From the IMG/VR virus record IMGVR_UViG_3300027704_000015, positions 1 through 64,000 of that record: a stretch of DNA of 64,000 bases; one strand, given 5' to 3'. This document shows positions 47,602-56,340 of the stretch, piece after piece. Source of the DNA: a virus. Both the position numbers and the translations under genes were made by a program. The stretch's first letter is position 1. Every line of letters begins with the position of its first letter. The notes under the pieces are model-generated. The model saw only the letters and a list, made by a program, of their open reading frames with translations. It was not told the DNA's origin and searched no databases.

Positions 47602-48108
47602 ATGAGTTGTCCGTATACTAGTTTAAAAAATAAAATGAAAGGTTATATTAACTTTATACTTCGACCTAAACGAGAAGAGTATGGTGGTATGCCTGTATGC
47701 CCGTTTGCAGGATCAGAGCTTGATCAAGGTAAGTTATTAATTGATATATTCGATCCTACTATAGAAAGTTTCATAGATAAGATGCAGGAGTTCAAGGATA
47801 GCAAATATAACTCTGCATTATTTGCTCAAGTTAATACTGACACTATACCAGAAGTAGATACACGAAAATATCAGTCATATTTAAACAAGCTAATTAAAAC
47901 TAGCGGGTTTACTAACTACAAGATTATATGCTTTAATCCAGAAGATACTATTACTAATATAGACGGGTTTAACCCTAGACAGTTTGCTCCTGCTTTTTTA
48001 ATTAATGTAGCAGATAAAAAAGAGCTAGGTAAAGCGCATAGGACAATTATGAAGTCAAACTATTTTGATAAAATGTCAGATGCTTATAAAAAATATCTTA
48101 AAGTTTAG
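47602..48108 (+). CDS. DUF1415-like protein
   Basis: CPFA...FNPED...PRQFAP. Confidence 0.5.
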   Translation: MSCPYTSLKNKMKGYINFILRPKREEYGGMPVCPFAGSELDQGKLLIDIFDPTIESFIDKMQEFKDSKYNSALFAQVNTDTIPEVDTRKYQSYLNKLIKTSGFTNYKIICFNPEDTITNIDGFNPRQFAPAFLINVADKKELGKAHRTIMKSNYFDKMSDAYKKYLKV

Positions 48109-48139
48109 TTGGTAGTGTGAAGATTATTTCGTATATTTA
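48107..48139 (+). promoter_or_regulatory. Bacteroidota-type promoter
   Basis: agTTG-N20-TATATTTA. Confidence 0.75.
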
Positions 48140-48149
48140 ATATAATTAA

Positions 48150-48366
48150 ATGGGATAGGTAACTATCTCATCAGTTATAAAACATGGAAGATACATGTTA
48201 AGAGTGGACGCGACTATGATTAAGACCGGCATCAATCGAAAGCAATGTAGCACACCTCTGACTCTTCCATAGCTCTACGAACAAAGGCCACCTTCACGTG
48301 GTGTAGGGTGTTAAGGTTAAAGTTGCTCACTATTATATCCAACTGTTTAACCCACTGAGAGCCTTT
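48150..48366 (+). ncRNA. Candidate structured RNA (multi-stem, possible pseudoknot)
   Basis: At least five stems with G-U pairs and a GUAA tetraloop directly behind a promoter in ORF-free DNA. Confidence 0.6.
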
Positions 48367-48397
48367 ATTTTTAAACAAATTAAAATTGATATATAAT

Positions 48398-48640
48398 ATG
48401 AAACGATTAACCGCACATCTAGCTCACGTTAAACCTATTAAAGAAAAGGTAGGTAACGAGGGTAAATTAAAAACGATATTGAACAATACATTATCAGTTC
48501 GCAACCTTAGATCACAAGCTGATGTTCACGAAGCTCTATCTAAGATTCGTTCCAACCACACTATTGCAACATGTACCAAGCATAATCATGCTACCTGGAA
48601 TGTAGGTGATGAAATGTGGTACACTTCTAACGAAAAATAA
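48398..48640 (+). CDS. Hypothetical phage protein
   Basis: ATG 48398. Confidence 0.5.
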   Translation: MKRLTAHLAHVKPIKEKVGNEGKLKTILNNTLSVRNLRSQADVHEALSKIRSNHTIATCTKHNHATWNVGDEMWYTSNEK

Positions 48641-48650
48641 TCCATAAAAC

Positions 48651-48778
48651 AGTTGGTAGTCTGAGATTTATTTCTTATCTTTAGTATATAAAGAAAGAGA
48701 GATGAAGAACCGGACAAACTACTTATTAAAAATAACTACAGATTTAGTTGGTAGTCTGAGTTTTTTTTCTTATCTTTA
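48651..48778 (+). promoter_or_regulatory. Two tandem Bacteroidota-type promoters (48651-48683, 48746-48778)
   Basis: Both agTTGgtagtctgag...TATCTTTA. Confidence 0.8.
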
Positions 48779-48812
48779 TATTATAAATAAAGAGAGATAA
48801 ATACCTAAAATT

Positions 48813-50852
48813 ATGATTATAAAAAATAGAACAAATTCAAGCTGGTGGTTAGGAAACGACTTCTTTTCTGAGGATAGAGATATCCTGACAGGGGATATAG
48901 TTTCAGATAGAACTTCTGAGCTAATTAAGCTATCTGGATACCGTAGAGCAATTTCTAACTTCGTTAATATTGTAACCGGTAAATCAGATATACCAGTTCG
49001 ATTTGAAGGTAAAGATAGTTATACTGATGGTAAGTCAGTTACTATTTCAGCTAGTATTAAAGATACAGATTTCGATAGTACTGTTGGTTTAGCTTTGCAT
49101 GAAGGTTCCCACGTTCTATTAACTGATTTTAAGATCCTACCTAATCTAGAGGATGAGATAGCTAGCTGGGTAGAAGCTACTGATATATACTCTAATATAA
49201 ATGAGAAGTATGAAATGAAGAGTCATATGGCAGCTAAAAGTTATGTGAAAGATAAAATTAGAAACTTGTTAAATATAGTTGAAGATAGACGAATTGATAA
49301 TTTCGTATTCAAATCAGCTCCAGGCTATAAAGGTTACTATCATGCATTATACAATCGTTACTTTAGCTCACCTATCATTGATAAAGCTTTAAATTCATCT
49401 AGTCATAGAGAGTTAGATTGGAATTCTTACATGTTTCATATCATTAATATTACTAATGCTAACCGTGATCTTAACGCTTTACCTGGATTATTAGATATAT
49501 ATAAAGCTATAGATCTAGCTAATATTGATAGATTAAAATCTACTACAGAATCATTACAAGTTGCATTAGAGATATTTGATATAGTAGAAGCAAATATTCC
49601 TGCAGTTACTGAGCAAGATGGTGATAGTCAAGAGGATGGTAACGAAGGTAATAATGCTAATAGCGGTGAAGAAGCTACTACTACAGAAGGTGAATCTAAA
49701 GATGATGGATCAAAAGCTGATGGAGATGATGCTATCACAGGTACTGCTCAAGGAAATGGTGCTGGTGGGTCAGGAGGATCAGATCTACCTGATTTATCAC
49801 CTCGTCAAGAGAAGCAGTTAATTAAAGCTATTCAGAAGCAAAAAGATTTTATCAATAATAATATTAAAAAGACTAAGCTTAATAAGACTGAGCAGAAGAA
49901 GATGGTGGCGTTAGATGAGTCAGGTTCAGAGATTAAAAAGGTAGGTAAGTCTACTAACAAGTATAATGGTAGAGTTTACGAAACTGAGTGTATATTAGTA
50001 AAAAAGCTCACTCAGAACGTTATTGATAATGCAGGGTACAATTTCTTAGATGCTCAAATGTGGAGATCTAAAGGAGAAAAAATGAGTAATGCTATTAGTA
50101 AAGGTGTTACTCTTGGTAGACAGCTAGGTAAGAAGCTTAAGTTAAGAAGCGAAGAGCGAAATACTAAATTTTCTAGACTTGATTCTGGTAAGATAGATAA
50201 GAGGTTGATTAGTACTTTAGGGTTTGGTGCAGAGAGAATATTTCAGCAGGTTATGAATGATAAGTATACCCCTGCTAATGTACACATCACAATAGACGCT
50301 TCAGGATCAATGGCTGGATCTAGATTCGAAAACTGTCAAACTGCTGTAGTTGCAATAGCTAAAGCAGCTTCTATGATTGATAACTTAGATGTTCAGATAT
50401 CTTACAGAACTACAACAGGTGATAAACCGATTATCTTAATTGCTTATGACTCTAGAGTTGATAGCTTTAGAAAAATTACTAACTTATTTAAGCATATATG
50501 TGCTTCTAATTTAACTCCAGAAGGTTTAACTTTTGAAGCTATAAAAAATGAACTAGTTACTGCATCAGGTGATAAAGAGAGTTATTTCATTAACTTCAGT
50601 GATGGAATGCCATACTGCGAGCCTAAAGGCTACCAGTACTGGGGAGAATCTGCTATACAGCATACTAGAAAGCAGGTTGATGGTATGAAGAAGAGAGGTA
50701 TCAAAGTGTTAAGTTACTTTATTGGAGGTGGTCAATATGGATCTACTAAAGATGACTTTACTAGAATGTATGGTAAATCGGCTCAAACGATAGATGTTAC
50801 TAGCCTTGTCCCATTAGCTAAGACGTTGAATAAAATGTTTTTAACCAAGTAG
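48813..50852 (+). CDS. VWA-domain protein with N-terminal HExxH domain (CobT-like partner of MoxR AAA+)
   Basis: LALHEGSH, NIVEDRRID, acidic linker, MIDAS DASGS, T.EG, FSDG. Confidence 0.88.
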   Translation: MIIKNRTNSSWWLGNDFFSEDRDILTGDIVSDRTSELIKLSGYRRAISNFVNIVTGKSDIPVRFEGKDSYTDGKSVTISASIKDTDFDSTVGLALHEGSHVLLTDFKILPNLEDEIASWVEATDIYSNINEKYEMKSHMAAKSYVKDKIRNLLNIVEDRRIDNFVFKSAPGYKGYYHALYNRYFSSPIIDKALNSSSHRELDWNSYMFHIINITNANRDLNALPGLLDIYKAIDLANIDRLKSTTESLQVALEIFDIVEANIPAVTEQDGDSQEDGNEGNNANSGEEATTTEGESKDDGSKADGDDAITGTAQGNGAGGSGGSDLPDLSPRQEKQLIKAIQKQKDFINNNIKKTKLNKTEQKKMVALDESGSEIKKVGKSTNKYNGRVYETECILVKKLTQNVIDNAGYNFLDAQMWRSKGEKMSNAISKGVTLGRQLGKKLKLRSEERNTKFSRLDSGKIDKRLISTLGFGAERIFQQVMNDKYTPANVHITIDASGSMAGSRFENCQTAVVAIAKAASMIDNLDVQISYRTTTGDKPIILIAYDSRVDSFRKITNLFKHICASNLTPEGLTFEAIKNELVTASGDKESYFINFSDGMPYCEPKGYQYWGESAIQHTRKQVDGMKKRGIKVLSYFIGGGQYGSTKDDFTRMYGKSAQTIDVTSLVPLAKTLNKMFLTK

Positions 50853-50908
50853 TATGATACTTAACTACACACTACAAACTAACGAGAGCGTTAGGTAAAT
50901 CCATTGAT

Positions 50909-51145
50909 ATGAATATAAACGGACGAGATATAACAGAGGCAGATTTAGTAAATCAAATTGATATGCTACACTCGGGATGGTGCAATATAATGTATAAGTA
51001 TATATCTACTGATAAGAACTTCCTAAAAGATATGCATGGTACTAATTATAAAAAGCGACAATTATTAGATGAGTTAGTAGAGCACTTTATTAAGACTGAA
51101 GAGTATGAGAGGTGCGCAGAACTAGTAAAGTTAAAGGAATGGTAA
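50909..51145 (+). CDS. Protein with C-terminal UVR-like motif
   Basis: LVEHFIKTEEYERCAELVKLKE. Confidence 0.6.
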   Translation: MNINGRDITEADLVNQIDMLHSGWCNIMYKYISTDKNFLKDMHGTNYKKRQLLDELVEHFIKTEEYERCAELVKLKEW

Positions 51146-51402
51146 AGGTAAGTTACAAAGATGTACTTAGAGAACCAACCATGGCAGCTAATAGAAGGAT
51201 TGATGATCTTATCAATCAAAGGAATAAAATTGATCGTGAGCTACGTGAGATGCGTTCAAAATGTAATCACATGGAGCAGACGATTAAACAAGTGACGCTA
51301 GGCGAGGGGTGTCAGACGAGCACTAGATGGGTGTGTTGTGAGTGCGCAGCTGTGATAGGCTATCCATCAGAATATGAACTAAATAAATTTTTTAAAAAGT
51401 AA
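51139..51402 (+). CDS. Coiled-coil plus zinc-ribbon protein
   Basis: CNH...CCEC. Confidence 0.5.
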   Translation: MVKVSYKDVLREPTMAANRRIDDLINQRNKIDRELREMRSKCNHMEQTIKQVTLGEGCQTSTRWVCCECAAVIGYPSEYELNKFFKK

Positions 51403-51406
51403 AGTT

Positions 51407-51850
51407 ATGTCAACAGTAAGTCAGGAAGCAGAATGTCAAAGATGTGATTACGAACACGGTTATCACGAGTTTCAAACAAGAACAATGGAGGATTATTTTA
51501 TGTGTCCAAGGTGCGGGCATCAGGTACGTTATGTAGTTGATAACTGGGATGATTCAAAATACAAATCAGGTAAAAAGAAGGGTCAAAAGAGAAAGACTTG
51601 GAAGCCTAAATATCGAACTGAGACTATAGTACCAGTTGCATCATACACTTTAAAAGAGAAAGGTGCATTAGGTAAGCAGTTAGGTCCAGTTCCTACAGAT
51701 GAAGATCTAGTTAATTTTAAACTAAACGTAGTAGAGCGTTCAACTGAATTGTCTGTAGCTAAATTAACATATCTATGTGCTGAAGGGCAATACTTAGGTA
51801 AATGGGTAGAAGAAGACTTACTAGAAAATAGAGTTAAATTATTAAAATAA
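51407..51850 (+). CDS. Zinc-ribbon protein
   Basis: CQRC...CPRCG. Confidence 0.6.
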   Translation: MSTVSQEAECQRCDYEHGYHEFQTRTMEDYFMCPRCGHQVRYVVDNWDDSKYKSGKKKGQKRKTWKPKYRTETIVPVASYTLKEKGALGKQLGPVPTDEDLVNFKLNVVERSTELSVAKLTYLCAEGQYLGKWVEEDLLENRVKLLK

Positions 51851-51855
51851 AATAA

Positions 51856-52191
51856 ATGAATAAAAGGTTATATGATCTTCCTGTCGAGAGAAGGAGGAAA
51901 GAGTTTCAAAAAATTAAAAAGAAGGTTCTGAAGAGGTATCCGAACGCATCTACAAAAGCAAATAGTGAAGGTAAATATTATATCATAGATGGGTATGGTG
52001 GAGTCATAGGTGAAGATTATATGCTACCGCCTGCTAAATCAGTCTGGGATGCGTGGGAGTATGCGCTACAGTACGGAATTAAATTACATCAAAATTTACT
52101 ACGAACACATCCAAGTAAAGGATTAAGCGATAAAGCTGAGGCTAAGGTTATGCGTATTAATAGGCGTAGAGGTAATCGGTATAAAGAATAG
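51856..52191 (+). CDS. Basic hypothetical protein
   Basis: ORF. Confidence 0.5.
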   Translation: MNKRLYDLPVERRRKEFQKIKKKVLKRYPNASTKANSEGKYYIIDGYGGVIGEDYMLPPAKSVWDAWEYALQYGIKLHQNLLRTHPSKGLSDKAEAKVMRINRRRGNRYKE

Positions 52192-52275
52192 TTGTTTATA
52201 TGAAATTAAATTACTATATTAACAATAATAAAATTATTTATTAACTAAAAGGTTGTGGCTCACCACTAAAATAGA

Positions 52276-52596
52276 ATGTCATACGACAACAAAAACAACA
52301 GCAAAGAATGGAAAATGCCTAAAAAAACTGACAACAGAATTGGTGTAATGCAAGGAGGGTTACATACTCATCCAAGAGAGCAGCGTTATGGTAACTTGTG
52401 GGGTCATATCGACTTCTCGCCTAGAGAGGGAGTTAGAGGTGACGGTAAAGATGGGTATAATAACAAAACTATTGGAGAGCTTTCAATTGGTAATTATAAA
52501 GTTGCACTAACATGGACTGAATGTACTAAGATTATTGAAGCAATAGCTAATGGAAAGGAAGCGTTCAAGACTGGTAAAGCTCTTGACATAGTATAA
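52276..52596 (+). CDS. Hypothetical phage protein
   Basis: ORF behind promoter copy at 52190-52222. Confidence 0.55.
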   Translation: MSYDNKNNSKEWKMPKKTDNRIGVMQGGLHTHPREQRYGNLWGHIDFSPREGVRGDGKDGYNNKTIGELSIGNYKVALTWTECTKIIEAIANGKEAFKTGKALDIV

Positions 52597-52607
52597 AAAG
52601 AGAAGAC

Positions 52608-52808
52608 ATGGGTATATTATTATTTATAGTAGGAGCGTTATTGGGTGCTATAAGCACTTATTGGTACGCAAGTAAGACAATTAACGGGTTAACAGAGAAG
52701 AATCTAGATAAAGCTTTAGTAATAAGTTTACTAAAAACTAGAGCAGATAAGTCTACAAAGAAGATCGTTAATAAGAAAGAAAGTAAAAAATCAAAAGCAA
52801 CTAATTAA
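52608..52808 (+). CDS. Small N-anchored membrane protein
   Basis: TM helix plus Lys-rich tail. Confidence 0.55.
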   Translation: MGILLFIVGALLGAISTYWYASKTINGLTEKNLDKALVISLLKTRADKSTKKIVNKKESKKSKATN

Positions 52809-52931
52809 GGGTTGTGTATAGAATAAATCCGGGGCATATATAAATATCTTAAGTGTTTATTTATATGTGCAACAGATTTACTTAATGCTAATACAAGGGT
52901 TAACTTAAATTAAAACAAAAAGAGGAAATAT

Positions 52932-53366
52932 ATGAAAAATTTATTTTTAACATTAGCACTGGGCTTTGCAACTATGTTCGCATCAGCACAGAATTTTATA
53001 GTAGTTACAACTTACACTGCAGCTGAAGAAGGCGCAGAGTGGGAAATGTCTAGCTTAACTGACAACATGGGTATTGGATACGCAGTAAACGATACTTGGA
53101 CAGTTGGTTTAATCACAGCTGGAGAAGATTCTTTAGGTGATGCTTCTTACGACCTTTTTGGTCGTTATAATTGGAACGAAAACGTTTACGTTTCAATCCA
53201 AGCACCAACCGAAGAAATGATGGATAACTTAACTTTAGGGTTAGGATATTCATTCAACGTATGGAAAGGGTTAGCAGTAGAACCTAACTATACAATGGGT
53301 CTTAAAGAAGACGCAAACGGAGAAAGAGAAGGTACATTCAACCTAGGGTTGGCGTACCGTTTCTAA
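52932..53366 (+). CDS. Small outer-membrane beta-barrel protein
   Basis: Signal peptide ASA-Q; LGLGYSF, VEPNY, C-terminal NLGLAYRF. Confidence 0.8.
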   Translation: MKNLFLTLALGFATMFASAQNFIVVTTYTAAEEGAEWEMSSLTDNMGIGYAVNDTWTVGLITAGEDSLGDASYDLFGRYNWNENVYVSIQAPTEEMMDNLTLGLGYSFNVWKGLAVEPNYTMGLKEDANGEREGTFNLGLAYRF

Positions 53367-53466
53367 GTAATTAATATCCCATAATGGGATCAACCCTTGT
53401 AGAGCATCGGCAATTGTGCCACAAAATTTGTATTTAACAATACAATAGATATAGGAGATTTATAAC

Positions 53467-53691
53467 ATGGAAAATGTAATCAAATATGTAACAGGATTCT
53501 TTGGCGGTTTATTAACTGTCTTAATGGCAGTATTGCCAGTAACAATCCTTTGGACTGTCTTAACAGGTGGTTCAGTATTCGGAATGGACGTAATAGCTAA
53601 CTTAACAGCTATCGTTACTTCATTAGGAAATGGTGGGTTCGTAGGACTTATCGTTTTATTAATAGTAGCTTCATTCTTCGTAAAGAAGTAA
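53467..53691 (+). CDS. Small hydrophobic membrane protein
   Basis: Two hydrophobic helices; AGGAG upstream. Confidence 0.6.
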   Translation: MENVIKYVTGFFGGLLTVLMAVLPVTILWTVLTGGSVFGMDVIANLTAIVTSLGNGGFVGLIVLLIVASFFVKK

Positions 53692-53700
53692 TTAGTTAAC

Positions 53701-53740
53701 ATGTATAGGTCCTGGGCGATTGGTCCAGGGCCTAATACAT
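53701..53740 (+). terminator. Strong intergenic hairpin (no U-tract)
   Basis: taggtcctggg/tccagggccta stem flanked by atgta/tacat. Confidence 0.45.
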
Positions 53741-53762
53741 TAAATAAAGGTAAGAGAAAAAA

Positions 53763-54005
53763 ATGTTATATTTAGGAATAGTAATAGGATTACTAATTGG
53801 TGCAGGAGCAATGTACCTTAAGAGTGTAAAAGAAGTAGATGTAGTAAATGCTACTCTAGAAGCAACACAAGACAAATTAAAATCAGTTAAAAGTCAGTTA
53901 TATAAGAGACGTACATCTTATAAAAAGAAACCAAACGTTCAAGCAAATGGCAAAAAAACAACGCGGAAAAAAACAACCTCCAACTCTAAAAACTCAAATA
54001 TCTAG
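53763..54005 (+). CDS. Small N-anchored membrane protein
   Basis: TM helix, coiled coil, Lys-rich tail. Confidence 0.55.
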   Translation: MLYLGIVIGLLIGAGAMYLKSVKEVDVVNATLEATQDKLKSVKSQLYKRRTSYKKKPNVQANGKKTTRKKTTSNSKNSNI

Positions 54006-54399
54006 TAATCTCTCTAAAAAAGCTAATAAGCTTTTGGACCATTATGAAAATATTGAAGCATTACGGAAGGTAGGTGAATCTAATTCAGAGACATCTCAGC
54101 TATTGAGTAAGTTAGGTGATATATTTAATACCACGGAGGAGGTACCTAAAGATACTTTCAGCTCTAAAGTTGAAGATGTTTTAGGTAAATTAAAAACGCT
54201 TAAGCAATTAATTGTACTTAATATAATGTGTACTGAAGATAAGAAGAATTTTGATACCGATGAGTATCGTGAGGATAGAATGTTTGTAACAGATACTGTA
54301 TTTAAAATACATGCTACTTCAGAGGTGGATAGAGCAGATCTAGTTACAATGAATACTTTATATAAAAAACATAAACGGATTAAGCAATTATTTGATTAA
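53947..54399 (+). CDS. Hypothetical phage protein
   Basis: ORF. Confidence 0.5.
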   Translation: MAKKQRGKKQPPTLKTQISSNLSKKANKLLDHYENIEALRKVGESNSETSQLLSKLGDIFNTTEEVPKDTFSSKVEDVLGKLKTLKQLIVLNIMCTEDKKNFDTDEYREDRMFVTDTVFKIHATSEVDRADLVTMNTLYKKHKRIKQLFD

Positions 54400-54490
54400 T
54401 AATTACTAATTATTATAAAGGGAATAATATGATACAACTTATTACGATACAAAGATTTATGTTACCTAGAACTGCACACTGTAAAGGTGG

Positions 54491-54745
54491 ATGTTAGCTA
54501 TGGATAGCTATACTGATAATTACGATACATTTAGTGATGATGATGAATTACTAAACGCAGCTATTAGTAATACATATGAATATTTAGTTAGTGAGCTAGA
54601 GATATCTGAACTTCCAGCTGGTACATGGATGCTTAAGCAACCAAGGCGAGTTGCAACTATAGATCAGCTTATAGAGTACTTTACAGGAACAGAAGAGTAT
54701 GAGAAGTGTGCTGAACTAGTAAAGATAAAACAAACAATAAATTGA
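54491..54745 (+). CDS. Protein with C-terminal UVR-like motif
   Basis: LIEYFTGTEEYEKCAELVKIKQ. Confidence 0.6.
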   Translation: MLAMDSYTDNYDTFSDDDELLNAAISNTYEYLVSELEISELPAGTWMLKQPRRVATIDQLIEYFTGTEEYEKCAELVKIKQTIN

Positions 54746-55025
54746 CCGCTAGTACTTTTATTAGCTGCTCAAATGGACGAGGGTTCGACTCCCTCCATCT
54801 CCACAACAATTATATGTGAAAACATATAATACAATAAATTACATATAAAGTATATGTAATTACATATAATATGGGGATGACTTGGATATTGACATTGAGA
54901 TAAGGATTTAAGGAAGGTCACGCATAACAGGCGAACATGTTGAAATGGCAATGGCGGCTTAATAAAGTCCCCAGAACCGAACGGCGTTAACAGGGCAAGT
55001 CGTATAAGCCCGGTGGTGGTGGACC
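54741..55025 (+). ncRNA. ssrA: Circularly permuted (two-piece) tmRNA
   Basis: T-arm GAGGG-TTCGACT-CCCTC and 3' acceptor CATCTCC-A (to 54803) precede 5' acceptor GGGGATG (54873); G3-U70; tag GEHVEMAMAA at 54930-54962. Confidence 0.9.
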
Positions 55026-55040
55026 TATAAGGTATAAATT

Positions 55041-55733
55041 ATGACAATGATGAGTAGACCAATAATAAAGAAAAAGATTAAGCGTAACAATGTTGTGTAT
55101 AATCTTGAGTTATGGAATACGATAGATGATGATTTTATACCAAATGTATCAGAGCCACCCCAATTCCGAAAAGATTTCTTTAATGATGTAGCTATGGATG
55201 GTAAATGGCCTGACTCAACAGAGTATCAAGAGAGGTTCGATGATTGGTTTGATAATCTATCTAAAGACAAGCAAATTCAATATGCTAGAGCTATTGATGA
55301 GTCTAATAGGGTTATAATATTAATGGTGTGGGAGCAAGTTAATAAATTAGATAAGCATGAGTTGTTCAATAATAACATCAGGCAGTTTAGTATCTGGTTC
55401 TCAGGTTTGGATCCAGCTGATATTGACTTCTACATGACACGTATAATGTCTAAACGTCGTTTGATGCCTGCTGAGTTTAGAAGTGATAGCCCTGAGTTAT
55501 TATCTGCTGAAGAGATAACTAACGCGTTACAAGGTGTATATGATAGTATAAATGATGATTTAATTCGAGCAACAACTATTAACGGTCTACTGTGTATTAG
55601 CTGTACTGATGAATCAAGATTAGCTAAAGTAAAAAAGCATATGATAATGCATGGTAGTATATTACGTGATTATCGCAAGAAAGAAAACATCAGCGGTAAT
55701 ATGATTTATACATATATATTTTCTAAACCGTAA
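55041..55733 (+). CDS. Hypothetical phage protein
   Basis: 230-aa ORF. Confidence 0.55.
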   Translation: MTMMSRPIIKKKIKRNNVVYNLELWNTIDDDFIPNVSEPPQFRKDFFNDVAMDGKWPDSTEYQERFDDWFDNLSKDKQIQYARAIDESNRVIILMVWEQVNKLDKHELFNNNIRQFSIWFSGLDPADIDFYMTRIMSKRRLMPAEFRSDSPELLSAEEITNALQGVYDSINDDLIRATTINGLLCISCTDESRLAKVKKHMIMHGSILRDYRKKENISGNMIYTYIFSKP

Positions 55734-55799
55734 TATACACGTTATTAGTGCACCTTTACATACTTATATATACACATAACTAAACAGAGGAGAAATGCT

Positions 55800-56339
55800 A
55801 TGAAGCAACTATTAATTTTACTATGTATGGCTACATCGTTATACGCAATATCGCAGACAACTATAAATCCAGACACTGTATGTTCTGGTGCAACAGCGGA
55901 GCAGTACTTTGTAACTAACACACCTACATCAACCTATCAATGGACTGTTAACGGAGGTGGTAGTTCTATACAGACAGGTCAGGGTACTAATCTAATAACA
56001 GTTGACTGGGGTACAGTTGCAGGGTTATACTCTAATGCGGTCGAAGTTGTAGAGTCAAACGCTGCAGGATGCCCTGGTTTGCCTATATTATTAGATGTAT
56101 TTATATTAAGTCTATCAAGTAATCTCATAGGACCTTTCTGTCCAGGTGATCCGTCTGCATCGTTAGTTGGTAATCCGATCGGTGGAACTTGGTCAGGCAC
56201 AGGAGTAACAGGAAATAATTTTGATCCTGCATCTGGTATAGGAAATTATATACTAACTTACTCATTAGCGGGTTGTACAACTACAATAAATGTTATTGTT
56301 AATAGTGGTCCAATTACTGGACCTATTCAACACTTTTAA
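55800..56339 (+). CDS. Secreted PKD/Ig-like domain protein
   Basis: Signal peptide; TYQWTV.GG, GQGTN.ITVDW, GGTWSGTG. Confidence 0.7.
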   Translation: MKQLLILLCMATSLYAISQTTINPDTVCSGATAEQYFVTNTPTSTYQWTVNGGGSSIQTGQGTNLITVDWGTVAGLYSNAVEVVESNAAGCPGLPILLDVFILSLSSNLIGPFCPGDPSASLVGNPIGGTWSGTGVTGNNFDPASGIGNYILTYSLAGCTTTINVIVNSGPITGPIQHF

Positions 56340-56340
56340 T

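Noticed and set aside
48205-48245. Hammerhead ribozyme or c-di-GMP riboswitch
   Set aside because: CUGANGA core absent and only a fragmentary likeness to the c-di-GMP-I motif
38787-48778. Near-identical agttggtagtctgaga repeats as CRISPR or att sites
   Set aside because: Dispersed, each upstream of a gene, and fit promoter spacing
48702-48800. Mini-ORF MKNRTN echoing the start of the VWA gene (KNRTN)
   Set aside because: Five-residue match with different codons, runs through a promoter; may be chance
54775-54806. Stand-alone or pseudo tRNA
   Set aside because: No upstream D or anticodon arm; the pairing 5' strand lies downstream with a tag frame, so it is permuted tmRNA
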